Source: Octopus vulgaris | Taxonomy: Eukaryota | DNA length: 64,000 nucleotides | Direction of reading: 5' to 3' | Assembly: GCA_951406725.2 (NCBI GenBank) | Contig: OX597814.1 | Location: forward strand, 39,060,001-39,124,000 | Shown: positions 26,500-39,532 of the stretch, piece by piece | How positions within the stretch are numbered: position 1 is the stretch's first letter | Layout: the number at the start of each line of letters is the position of its first letter | Made by a program: the position numbers and the translations under genes | Notes under the pieces: model-generated | Told to the model about the DNA's origin: nothing | The model's input: only the letters and a program-made list of their open reading frames with translations | Databases searched by the model: none

Positions 26500-28175
26500 T
26501 AAAGAAACTATAGCTACTTCTGGAATTTTGCAGCCAGAATAATTGGATAATTGGAGAAAGAAGATTTTTGAATATAGTAACAGTTCGTCTCAATCGATAT
26601 AAAAGAACTGTATTTATTGTTAACACCAGCAAATATTTCCAGTCTGTCTACTAGGCAAAATATCTACCAGGTAATAATGGGACAATTATATAGCCGCTGG
26701 ACATCTTCAAAAATATCAGGCATGTCTCACTCAAATCAAATAGCAATGCAGACATTGATAGCCCGAAGATAACTGTAAATTAAGCTGCCAATATAAAAGC
26801 GCATTTATGCTTTCTGTCTTCATCATCTGTCCCAGAGACAAAAGCCAATACACGCAAAAAGAATTATCTCCAGGTTAAGAGAGTTCTTATGAGACGAAGA
26901 ATATAGGTCTCAAATTGCTGAAATAAATGAAATTAATGACAACGGAAAGTTCTACCAAACGTAGCACTTTCAGACATCAAAATCACAATCTGATTTTATT
27001 AAGAAAAATAAACAGAAGCAAAAAGTAACCGAAACAGTTGAAAATATAAAACCAAACTAACTCTGAGGTCTTTTACATATTGACGAATGGGTTTATTTCG
27101 ATGGGCAGCAAGACAGGGACACAGTATGAAGAGAACGATTCACTAATTGCAGATTTACTGTAGTGCTAGTACTCTTAAACATGCCATCAGTGATATTTTT
27201 AGTGAACCCCACCACCACAAAAATATCCAGACGGATTTAGTGCTGAGTGTGTGCTGTGTAACAGTTACTCCCACTAGCTGTGCTAGAATTACCTACTATC
27301 ACAAACTGTCAAGGACCCTAAGCATACCTGAAAGCTACTAGATTTGGATGTGATATGAAGATAAAACAATATAAAACAAGTTGACTGAAGATAAAACAAT
27401 ATCCAGTTCAATACTGACAAGTTTCAAACACTTCGACATTCATTCATTATCGAATTACCGTCAGAATAAGCAAGACAAGACACATACCAAAGTCACAATA
27501 TCAGACTCAGTGCGTGACCAGAGAATCAAAATAAAAGGCGTTGCATCGTCCAGTGTGCGTATTACCAAGATGGCAACAATGTGCAGATGATTGCTGATTG
27601 GAGTGTAAGGTAATTCAGAATGCAGAAAAGGAAGCTCACTGTTGCGTAAAGTTAATAGCAGAATTTGAGGCAAACCACTACGTCAAGTAGGTTACATCGG
27701 AGTAACAAATATATTAGTGGGAGATGAGAGCAAACGCGAAAGATATGCATTGATATAGAATATCTTGGAAGGTCTAATACCCAACATGCAGATTGAAAAC
27801 CGTTCCAATCACCGGACTGTTCGCCACTGTGTAGTACCAAAAGTTCTGACCTTTCTGATAAAAAAAAACAAAACGCTAATACTGTAACAGCTTAATATTT
27901 CAATGGCCTGCAACTTTTCACTAACTTTCCACAAGGTCTCAGAGATATAAGGTGGTGTAGATGTGTTCAAAGAACATAAATTTTATCTTTTCTATCATGT
28001 GAATCCAAATCACAGCAACAAACGCAAACAATTGTAGCTCTATCCAACACTACTTTAGAGTACTGATTCCGGAGACAGGATCAGGAAGTGAATCTAAAAT
28101 AAACAAGCATTAGCGCTAATGGCTTTGCCACAGCATGGCCACAGTCTCTGACTAAAACTGATGATGGAATAATAG
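26500..28175 (+). mobile_element. CR1-type LINE remnant; best supported from 27600 to the 3' tail
   Basis: VKLIAEFEA...RERYA...NILEGLIPN...NHRTVRHCVVPK...FNGLQLF...LRD...VDVFK matches the CR1 C-terminus (RRERYxIIYxWKILEGLVPN; GPxLFNxLP..LR..VDVFK); 5' part weak. Confidence 0.6.
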
Positions 28176-29039
28176 AATTTGTTGAATTGGATATTTTCAA
28201 ATTGTTCTGACAACTCATGTAGCGAAATGTTTGCTTGTATCTGCTATTATATTCTTTCTATACATTAATGATCTATTCTCATTAACATCTAAATATAATC
28301 CACTTTATCTTATACTTCATTTTATTACTCCTTAGATTTTGCAATGTTATATGCTGAACAAAGTCAGATTACACCTTATATATTTGTCAAGATAACTAAA
28401 GGTTATAGTTAAATACTTCAACTTTGAACATACGACGTATAAATGTATAACTTAACAATAACAATATTACGTGCCTTATCAAGCACATTGTAGTCGAATG
28501 ACAGATCGGGCTCATTGATTCGCAGTACTAGGAGACAGAAAAGAAACTATAATTGCACAGTGTATAAAACTAATGTCAACTGCATTAAGGCAACATACAT
28601 ACGTTTTAACTAAAAACATCTCAGTGCTTCTGATATCATCAAAATCATAATACTCATGCCATAATCTTGATTTACTTTAGTATTTGTATATGTCCTACAC
28701 CTATGCACATTGTACAATTTTACCTTTTGTGAAATTCTATACTATTATTAAGCACGTGCTGATTCAGCTAATCACGCTCATTTCAAATAATATCATTACA
28801 TTATTCGTATTATAGCTGCTGCTGTTTTTGATGCTCTGGTAATTAATTTATATTATCGTGAGAGTCGCCTCTTAGAACCCATATTTACTCTTCTCTCTTC
28901 AAACATCGATGTAGGTGATCTTATTTAAATGTTTGTCCGCAAAAAATAAACAATAAAAGCAGAACGTTTCCAATAAAACAGCTGATTATTTACGAAGCGA
29001 AGCCAAGCGCTTGCAACGGAGAACAATAACAACAAGAAT

Positions 29040-29052
29040 GATAATAAAAATA

Positions 29053-29092
<40 letters not shown>

Positions 29093-29136
29093 CGATGACA
29101 ATGATGATGACGATGACAATGATGATGATGATGATA
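29040..29136. repeat. (GAT)n microsatellite
   Basis: Direct reading. Confidence 0.9.
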
Positions 29137-29139
29137 AAC

Positions 29140-29790
29140 ACCTCAGAAACAAAGAAAAAAAGAGAAATGTCAGGAACTAGAAGAGAGATTAAAAAAGTGT
29201 GGGTTAAAAACAGTTCTTGAAGAGCTGAAACAAAGATTGCAGCCTAAAGGGACAATGAGTAAGAGATATGACCAAAATATTGAACAATATGAAATCAAAA
29301 GATTGTTCCAACAACATGAACAAAAAAAAGTATTTATCAACAGCTGAATGGAGACGATAACAGCAGTGAGAGACCTGACATTGAAGAAAGTAGAAGAGTT
29401 TGGAATAACATATGTGTTAATGAAAGCAAGTATAACAAAAATGCTAAATAGTTGGAGGAATTAAGAGCGGAAACATGAAGTGACACGGAATAACTATTAG
29501 AATAACGACTGAGATGGTGTCCGAACATATGACAAAGATCCCAAAATGGAAATGCTGTGGCTCGGATGAGGGATAAGTAAATGGGCTGAAACGTTTCCCA
29601 GCACTACAAAGAAAAATAGTCATACAAATAGATAAAATTATCAACAATTGAGCGAAATTTCCAGAGTGGCTGATAAGTAAAATATTTCGTTCCCAAAAGG
29701 ATTCCACTAAAGGCAATGCAGTGAATAATTATCAGCGTATCACCTTCCTGTCCCTGATGTGAAAGCTGATGATAAGAATAATATCTAAGC
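29140..29790 (+). mobile_element. R4/Dong-type LINE fragment (region upstream of and including the RT start)
   Basis: YQQLNGD...PDIEESRRVWNNI...ITTEMV...IPKWKCCGSD...GLKRFPAL...FPEWL...KDSTKGNAVNNYQRIT matches NWKxPGPDGxxGFWxK / KDxxKGNxxxNYRPIT. Confidence 0.8.
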
Positions 29791-29794
29791 AGAA

Positions 29795-30152
29795 TTAGTG
29801 GGGGGGGGGGGGCATCATAGTCATGTGTTGAGGGGGATTTTTGGGGTTTGAATGATTCACCTCTGGAAACATGGGTGTTTCGTTCAACATCCTTAAACAA
29901 CCCATATTCAGGGACATTTTGAGTGGGATGGGTTACTCGACCAGAAGAAAATTTTAACAGGGTCCAACCTGCAAGGTCATGTGCTGTTTATCTTGATATG
30001 AGATCACCATGTCGCCCACATATGGTTGTCATGCATGCCCCTCGTGTACTCTTATCAGATCGGTAGTCATGATGGGTATACCAGGCTTCGTATATCTTAC
30101 CCCAGTGTCACTTTCATGGCATGTACTGCTCTCTTGCTCAATAATAATAATA
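29795..30152 (+). mobile_element. Probable LINE 3' UTR repeat (same family as 22331-22845), ending in (AAT)n
   Basis: Homology to 22331-22670; directly follows the plus-strand LINE fragment; ends gctca-ataataataat. Confidence 0.7.
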
Positions 30153-30169
30153 TTAATGTTAATCGTTTA

Positions 30170-30350
30170 AATTCGGCTACAAGACAAACAATTTTAAAGA
30201 GAACGCATTAGACGATTTTATTGATCGAAGATTGATCGGAGTATCTTAGTGGCTGCTTTAATTTATAGATCCCGGCAATATAAACAGTAGAAGTGACCGT
30301 GGCCATATTAGAACTCAGTGCTTAAAGAACCAAAAGAATATCGCTAGAAC
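30170..30350 (-). mobile_element. SINE family B, very degenerate
   Basis: ttaatttatagatcccgg...aagtgaccgtggccatattagaactcag...tcgcta is colinear with the reverse complement of family B. Confidence 0.45.
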
Positions 30351-32009
30351 GACAATAATAATAATAAAGACAGCAACAACATTAATAATGTTTTCTGTTT
30401 TACAACCTACGAAAAGAATGTATTAAAAAATGTCTATTAAGCCTTGAAATTTCTTAAATAAAAAGAACAAAAATTCTTTAATCATGTTAAAAGAATTTCT
30501 ATTGTTTTGTTTACTTCACTTTTATACTTTGTTTTATTGATATTGAATATTTTTCCAGTTCGTATTTAGGAGGTTTTTGGCTTGTTGGTTTGTTTTTCAA
30601 TTTTTTATACGGTTTCTCTCTGCAATGTTTTTTAAGCCACATGGATAGAATAATTGAACAAATAGAAATTGTACAATTGAAAATTTAACAAAGAATGGGA
30701 ATTAAAATAATAAGTAAATGACTACAGAACCGTGTTATTTCTTCATTAGCAATTCTACTCAAGAATGCTATATCAATGTTAATTTGATTATTGTTTTATC
30801 TATTTGATTAGTGGAATACATATTTATTTATTTGTTTGTTCGCGTATTGAAATTCGATTTGAATATTTGTGATTTTCATTTGTACTTTTATCTATTTGGA
30901 TAATCATCTTAGTTTTTGATTCCTAATTCAATTTTATTTTTACACTTGCTTACAATTCTCATTCACAACTCGTCTCTCAAATACTCACTAACTCCCTTTG
31001 TATATTTTCCAAATATCATTTTTTTTTATTATTTCAAATTCATCTATCATTTATTGTGACTTTTCTTCAGAGAGTTGTTAAAAAAGTAGTACAAATGTAG
31101 AAATTTTGAAAAATGTTTACATGCTATTTTAAACGTTTATATCACGATATCATGAAATATTGAATCTACGCTGCGTATTGGTAGCAAATTCAGAAGAAAA
31201 AAAAACACTATTTAAATAAATATTTGTAAATTCATTGAAAGCAAATTTAACATGTTTCTTAAAAGAAAATATTATGATACATAAATCAATTTTCAAATAA
31301 TTTAGAATACAGTTCCCAACACAAAACAGAAGCTTCCAAACATTGAAAATAGCAAATTTTAGCTAACATGTTTGTTTGAGTCAAACACTTAACTGAGTTC
31401 AATTTATCTTTGCAACTTATAGTATTTACCCTCAATAAATTTGCCTCTATTATAATACTGATATGCAATATTTTCTAGCAAGAAGGCTAAGAACGCCCAT
31501 ATAAAATATCCTATTAAGATGATTGGTGACGTATTTGAACTGGACACATACGTAGTGCTATTTGGTTTCTCAAGACAATAAGAAGCGTAATGAACGATTT
31601 CTATGAACAGATTTGCGTAATTTAGAGCATCGTTTCAAAAATGGCTTCGGAAACTGGAAAATATTAAGTAAGGTCACATTCTGTAGGTGTATAAATGTAT
31701 ATTATTCTGAAAATGGATAATTCTAGAATGGATATAATCATTTCAAATCCTATATACAATGTTGTGATATTATCTACGACCATCTATGAAATTTGCATAA
31801 GAACATTGTGCAGTTTACATAGGAGTGAATTATCCTGTATAAATTACGCAGAATATGTGTGTGTGTTTCTGTGTGAGTGTGGTGGTGTTGGTAGCATCTT
31901 ATAAGAAGGTGCTAAATACATGCTTACCGAATTCGTTGAGTGCTACTTCTTAACGTTTGTTCAAACAACTGAACACCTCAGAAAAACACACGCAGCACAA
32001 ATGTGTAGA

Positions 32010-32340
<331 letters not shown>

Positions 32341-33158
32341 ACGTTAGTGCAGAAGCTGGTACACAGTTATGAAATAAGTAAACAGGTAAAATAATTTCGG
32401 AGAAAGATAAAACGAAAACTGATGATAAAAGTATTATTATACTTATGATAAATGTATTATTGTGATTAACGACACTGAAAATATCAAAAATGAAGCCAAC
32501 TAATTTAATGTGATAAAAATGTTAATGGATTAAATATTATACCGTTGATAATTACTGTGTACTTACTGTTTGTCCATTTTGGCACACGTCTGAATACATA
32601 CACACACACACACACTCACATATATATACATACTGCTTTCTATATATTCTATACTGTTTTCTCCGCCATAATTTTCTCCCCTTCACCGCTTTCTATCTGT
32701 CTCACTCTCACTTTGCTCACACGTGACCATCGTTCTTCTTTCTTGTCCTTACGTGATCAACTTTCTTGTCCTCCAGTACTGTCTGAAGGACTGGACGTAT
32801 TCTGTCTCTCTCTACTATCTTTTTCTCTTTGCAAATGAAATATTTCTCCATCACTCGCTATTTTACCCTCATTCTTGTCTAACGACCCACCATGGTTATT
32901 TTCATTCGGTTTCCTTGTATGTCTTCACCGTCCTCTTTTTGACCCTCCACAAATTCAAAATTTAATTTTGGTGCTTATGGGAGCAAGTGTCTTTGAAGAC
33001 TCATATTGTCATTCAATGCTCAAAATGAGGAGTAGATAGACAGCCGGCAAGTCATGAAGGGTCATGCTTTGCGTTACTTATCCCATTTTCCATGTGTTTC
33101 TCTCGTTGTTTGTATATTAAAATCAATTGGTCTAGTACTTCATGTTGTTTACTGCATG

Positions 33159-33173
33159 CATATATATGTATGC

Positions 33174-33232
<59 letters not shown>

Positions 33233-33320
33233 TATATATATATGTACACATATATATATGTATGTATATATATATGTATATTTATATGTATGCATATATG
33301 TATGTATAGATATATATAAT

Positions 33321-33365
<45 letters not shown>
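33159..33365. repeat. (TA)n-rich microsatellite
   Basis: Direct reading. Confidence 0.95.
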
Positions 33366-33369
33366 GGAT

Positions 33370-34227
33370 GTGGGAAATTCTGTCTGTGAGTATCTTTTTT
33401 TGTAGGTTTGTTAGCTAACTCCTCCTACATCGCTTTCTATGAAAATTGACACGTGAGTAGAAGTCATATCTGGAGACCTGATGCTATACCTATATCGTTG
33501 CAAACATCGATAATTAGGCCCCATTTAAGTAATATGTTTCATTTTAAACATCCAAGGGAAATAATCCATTCGCTCCTGAAAGGGATCGTTAATATAACGA
33601 AGGTAAAATAACACATTCATCTTTGTAAATTATTTGGTATAAATCAAATTTTAGTATTTTTATTTCTTAGCATCTCAACTGTTATTTATGCAAATTATCT
33701 AGTACAGCGCTTAAACAAGTAGTCTTTTTGTAAAAAATAGATCCAAGTATTTCGGTCAGTGAATTATTCACGAATATGCCAACTCTAGCAGTACTGAGTG
33801 TAATATTCTCTGGGAATGCACAAAAGCCCTTTCAGTGTTATTTACTTTGAACTGTTATTATCTCATACTTTATTAGCTTGTTATTACGTAACATGCTTTA
33901 CAATTGTAATATACATACCCTATTAACATTTCTTCCCTAGTTCTATATACACTGCGAACGTATCAATACCCCTATTCGGGGCTACTTTACTTGAATTATT
34001 GTTATCGAGTAACTAATATCATGTTATTATATAACTAACTTCACAATTTGGGTATTCATAATTTATTGGGAATTTTTAACAAGATCCTGTGTAAGACAGT
34101 TCGGTGTTCTCTGTAAATTCACAAAAGCGGTTTTAAGGGCTATATACTTTGTATCGTTGTTACTGGATTAGCGAAACAATTATGAGAACGGAACCAAGCG
34201 ATAAGCCTTGCCGGGTACGTCAGCTAG
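33370..34227 (+). mobile_element. Probable non-autonomous Helitron (rolling-circle) element
   Basis: 5' tctgtctgt...gctaactcctcctac...atgaaaattgacac is typical of animal Helitron-N heads; 3' GC-rich gcgataagccttgccgggtacgtcag then CTAG followed by T. Confidence 0.55.
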
Positions 34228-35019
34228 TATATAACAATGTTCATATTATACAAAATGTATAAGTGGATGATGAGTAAAGCTCCTGTTATTATCCGTAGAT
34301 CGGAGGGACTTCATAGTGGCGGTGAAGGTAACAGTATTTTCGGCGCGCATTTGCTTTTTTATTTTGGTGTGTGTATATATTAATGCCAAGTGTGTATACG
34401 TGTACACGGGCGTATGTATATATGTTTATATTCATACATATATGTATCTGTGTCTGTATATGTATGTGTGTGTATATATTTAGTTACCTGCATACGCAAG
34501 TGGATTAACACGTGAGCGTTTGTCAGAATTTTCACAGACGTCTGTATCTCCTAGGAATATATGCAGATATTTATCTATGTTATATGCTATATTTATGTAT
34601 ACATAAGCGTATATGCCTGTATATATGAGTTCCTAAACATATATGTACGTATTCGTCAATACGTGTGCGTTTTCACGTGTATCTAGTTGCACGTATATAC
34701 CTATATATTTGGATAAGCGTGTGTGAGCGCGTATGTATATATTTATATACAAATGTATATTTGTATGTATCCGTGCGTAAGAGCATGAATACAAAAAACA
34801 ATTTTTGTCTAATTATTCTCTTCTTTTCTACTTCCTTTTGTTTCTCAACCGTTACAACAGCGATGGCTCATTATGTTATTTTCTTTAAACAAGAATATTC
34901 ATGTTCATATTTGAATTTTTCGCGTTTCAAATGTTCCCTGTTAATTACTCATTCCCAATGTTGATTGACATTTAGCGATACGTAAAACCGAATCGCTAGT
35001 GGGACTTATATTTTTTATT

Positions 35020-35075
35020 TATGTACACGAAGATACCCTAAGCGGGTCGAAACATGTGCCGTGCTGAATAAAATC
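35020..35075 (+). ncRNA. Degenerate hammerhead-like motif (Penelope-type end)
   Basis: acGAAGA-t-ACCC-taagc-GGGT-c-GAAACATGT...aataaa; core lacks the canonical CUG. Confidence 0.35.
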
Positions 35076-35412
35076 TTTATCTCCATCAGGTTTATTAATA
35101 CTATATAGATATATATTATTAATAAAATGAATCCGGAACCATGTAATTGGAAAGGGAACTTCTAACCAAACAGCCAGGAAATTCAGAGAAATGCGTCATA
35201 GAGTGTGGTTTATACTTGCTTCTGAAAAAAACACTGTATAATCAGTAGCAATGGCAGCTCAGAATCACGGCCATTTTTCACGGGCTGTAGTTTGTTTTTA
35301 TATAATATTATATTACACTGTATATATATATTCAGAAATCATGACGCTTCACTAGAACAATGTGTCTAGTTGAATGAGCAGATAGGAGACACACAGTCAA
35401 ATATATTATTGC

Positions 35413-35566
<154 letters not shown>

Positions 35567-35984
35567 ACTATTGTATGGTTATTATAGCCTAAGTTGTATA
35601 CTGAAATACATGAGCAGGCTTTTATCACTGTACATAGCTGACTGTAATCAATATCATCAACGATATTATCTTGGGCTATATTTTTACTTTATCTGGAATC
35701 ATATCTCTGTACCTATCTTTTATAATACGAACTTTAAATGTTTTTATCATCAATAATATTTATCCATCATCATCATCATTATCTGCATTATCATTATATT
35801 TTACATCTTTGCTACGATTAATTATGTTTTAAAGCATTACATTTATTAATATTGTTATTGTTAGCGATAATATTATAATTCATACAACTATCAATATTAT
35901 GATCTCATTAATATCATCATTAGAATTAAATTTATTACCAATGTTTTTGCTGTTTCCATCTACAATATCAATGCCATTATTCTA

Positions 35985-36060
35985 ATTATCATTGCTTTTG
36001 TTGTTATTGTTATTCTTGTTATTCGTCTTCTTCTTGTTCGTCTATTTCTTTTCATTATTA

Positions 36061-36142
<82 letters not shown>

Positions 36143-36337
36143 CATTATTATTATTACTATTATTATCAATAGTATTATTATTATTATTATTTTTATTATT
36201 ATTATTATTATCATCATCTTCATCATCATTATCATCATAATCGATAATAATAATAAGAGGACAAATGATGAGGATGACGACGACGACGACGACAACAACA
36301 ACAACAACAACAATAATAATAATAATAATAATAATAA
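35985..36337. repeat. Compound trinucleotide array (TTG/ATT/ATC then GAC/CAA/TAA)
   Basis: Direct reading. Confidence 0.9.
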
Positions 36338-36573
36338 ACCTATCTCCTATAGGCACAGTGCCTGAAATTTGGGGGAGGCGGATATTTGATTACATCGACG
36401 CCGGTCTTCCACTGGTACTTACTTAATCGATCCTGAAAGAAGGAAAAGCAAATTCGATCTAGGTGGAATTTTAACTCAGAACATCGCGACGGGCAACATA
36501 CCGCTAAACACTTCTTCCAGTGTGCTAACGATTCTGCCAGCTCGACGGTATTCCACGATTCTGCCAGCCCGCC
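36338..36573 (-). mobile_element. SINE family B with duplicated 5' head
   Basis: ctggtacttacttaatcgatcctgaaagaaggaaaagc...ttaactcagaac...gctaacgattctgccagctcg, plus a second acgattctgccagcccgcc. Confidence 0.85.
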
Positions 36574-36639
36574 AATAAATAGCCACTTATATGCACGGCA
36601 GAACAGTAAGCAATAAAGACAAAATATGTGAAGCACGAC

Positions 36640-37650
36640 GGGAGAGTGACATATACAGAATGTGTGAAGTGTGAAACGATGTGGTACTTTGTTAGTGAAT
36701 ACCCGAATTTGGCACAACGTATATAGAAGATGATATGTCACTGTGAGAAGAATGATCCATTTGAAGCTATGTAGAAACTATAGTAAAATGAACATAAGGA
36801 CGTGTTATGACTAAATCCGAGAAGGAGATTACTGAGGATAAGGAAAAAAGTCATTCATTTAGACAAGCAGATTAGACAATGGCAATCTAACATTCTTGTT
36901 GTGAATGGAAAAGAAAAATCAAGCCTCCTAATCCACATAGTGTGTCTTAATGACAAGAACACTGAAGAGTTAGAAGGGAAAGGGTTAGAATGTAGGCAAT
37001 GAAGAGAGTATGCGTTATAACAATTATTGCACTTGGGAATATTTGTATTCAGAAAGGAATACTCTTGCTCACCTTAGCTATTTGTTATAACTTCGATCCC
37101 CTTTTCTGTTTGTCTACGCAAAGGCAACGTGCATAGTGAGCTGAGGAAAAATGGACCTCGTCTCAAACACCCTCAATAATTGGATGATTTAAAACTGTTT
37201 GCAAAAGCAGTGGATTGAAATATAGAGGTTGTTTGACAATCTAGTGATGTGTAAGGCTAAAAAAGTGGAATTCGGGATCTCAAAGCGTGCGGTGTTCACA
37301 TTGTAACAGGGTAAAGAGCAGACTGAAAGGACATACAATTGTAAAATAAAGAGCGACAGGGAAACTCGGATAATAGTAAATACAATAACCTTGGGATTTT
37401 GGAGATGACCACTTTGTACTTCAAGCGTCTCAATCCTGAACTCAAAACGTAATGCACGGATCCTTGTGAGTGTCCTCAACAAATACGATGTTGCTGTAGG
37501 TCACTATGTTCGACGCATTCCAAAATGGACACGAGTGGAGATGGAGAAATCCGATCGCACTACTCAAAAGACGATGCCAATACAAAGCACCCTTAATGTT
37601 AAGGTAATCTTTCCCGAGATGTATTTGAAGAGACAGAAGTCCGGTTAGCC
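36640..37650 (+). mobile_element. Scrambled R4/Dong-type LINE fragments
   Basis: VSEYPNLAQRIYRR*...IHLKLC (zinc/RLE region) precedes EFGISKRAVFTL*QGK and LKRNARILVSVLNKYDVAVGHY...WTRVEMEKSDRTTQK (post-RT region). Confidence 0.6.
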
Positions 37651-37773
37651 TACATGAGCTTTACAACACTGAAAGAAGAACTTTGATGAGCCCACACACT
37701 CATAGACAAACATACGCGACCCCATAGGCACACAAACGAACATCTCTTTCTCATTCTCTCTCTCGCTCTCTCT

Positions 37774-37822
<49 letters not shown>

Positions 37823-37852
37823 AAAAAGGAGATGTGGAACACGAGTTGTGAT

Positions 37853-38113
37853 ATATAAAAAAAGGAAATGAAGAAAATGCAGACAAAATAATTTAAGTAA
37901 GGTAGAGTGTATTTAATTAGGTGAAAGTTCCTTTCTGATATATTTTTTTCTCGAGAAAAAAATCTATCAGAAAGGAACTCTATCTCTCTTAAAAATATAT
38001 CTTTTGATAAGCATAACAAATGCGCAACCGGTAAAAAGAACTTTCACCTAATTAAATACACTCTACCTTGCTTAAATTATTTTGTCAGCATTTTCTTCAT
38101 TTCCTTTTTATAT
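37853..38113. mobile_element. MITE/fold-back element with ~75-bp near-perfect terminal inverted repeats and an internal 52-bp palindrome
   Basis: aaaggaaatgaagaaaatgcagacaaaataatttaagtaaggtagagtgtatttaattaggtgaaagttc vs gaactttcacctaattaaatacactctaccttgcttaaattattttgtcagcattttcttcatttcctttt; flanked by TA tracts. Confidence 0.85.
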
Positions 38114-38127
38114 ATATATACATACAT

Positions 38128-38254
<127 letters not shown>

Positions 38255-38758
38255 TATGTATGTATATATAAGAGATTCTGTTCGTTTGTGTGTTTTTCTC
38301 CCATAAACTGAAAATAAATGGGTCAAGGAGGCATCACTAATTGTCCCCAAACCTATGACTAGCTACATTGATGTAAATATTCTCACTGGCTGTGGTAAAC
38401 GTGACACGGTCTTTGTTCTTTGCATACCAGTTATATCATATAATGTCCCATTCTAATTTAAGCCCCTACAGTTTCGTATCCCACTTTCTTTTCCCATGAA
38501 CAGTAATAAATTTCAAGGCCAAGCACTAACAGTTGCTTGAATGCAACTTGAAGAAACAAACAGAAGTTTACGTATGAAACCCATCTATTTACAACTTCAA
38601 TTAATATATGTTTTTCTTCTCTATAATACACACATGCAGGACGAGTAAATATAAATGTGACAGGACACAGCATTTGTAATTTTATTGGATTATTACTTAC
38701 TCTTGTCATGCTTTCCATTCATGTATTTTCAGGAATTTCAGCACTAACGCTGAGAGAA

Positions 38759-39056
38759 CACTACTGTTCCTTACAGATAATCTTAATAAAAAAAAAATGT
38801 CTACTTAAAAAAGACTGTCAAAAAACGAACACCAAACAAACGCATGACTTGCAATGCTTTTTCTTTTATGCTATTACCTAGTTTGTTTCAGCAAAAATTA
38901 TGCAATGGCACAACACTAATTGTGCACTGACCCAGCATTAGTAATTTCATTTCACTATTACTCACTGATATTCCTAATAAAAAAAAAGTCTACTAAAACA
39001 AAAAGACTGTCAAAAAGCGGACACCCTAGAAATGCACGACGTGCAATGCTTTTTCA
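38759..39056. repeat. Imperfect ~100-bp direct duplication (period ~195 bp)
   Basis: taataaaaaaaaaatgtctacttaaaaaagactgtcaaaaaacgaacacc...gcaatgcttttt vs taataaaaaaaaagtctactaaaacaaaaagactgtcaaaaagcggacacc...gcaatgcttttt. Confidence 0.8.
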
Positions 39057-39189
39057 ATATGAACACTGATGTTCAACTTCACCGGCAGCCTTTTCAGTGC
39101 CATCGCAGTCAACTGGATTCCGTCAAGCTATTATTCTATATGATATCCGGATTTTCTAGCTTCTAAATCCGAGAAACAGTAAAAGTAAT

Positions 39190-39532
39190 TCCCCGATCAA
39201 CGACGGGTATTACCGCTAGTATAATAATGACAACCTACTCTGGCGTCGTTAGATAACGCATGAAGATACGAGAATTTCTTACCGAACAACCACACAGATA
39301 ATTTGCTTATAGTGATCAAATGTTTATGTAGACTAAAGCCAACTCCCTCCATCAGATGGACATTATCTCTACAGATGCAACGGGTGCCGCATGTCAGATA
39401 TGGAAATGTTCGCTGGGCAAAGTGAAATAAAGTGCTTTGCTCAAAAGCATAATGCAACACCCATTCAGAGAATTGAACCCACGATCTCGCAATCATGAGT
39501 GCAACACTTCAATAACTAAGCCATGCATCTCT
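39190..39532 (-). mobile_element. tRNA-derived SINE family C
   Basis: Minus strand gatgcatggcttagttattgaag (A box)...gatcgtgggttcaattctc (B box)...ttttgagcaaagcactttatttcac (CORE/V-like). Confidence 0.75.

Noticed and set aside
31480-31700. Possible mariner 5' end (EQICV...MASET)
   Set aside because: Too degenerate; no terminal repeat found.
38458-38718. 86-aa minus-strand ORF with nearby gtaagt and pyrimidine tract
   Set aside because: No consistent exon structure or domain similarity.
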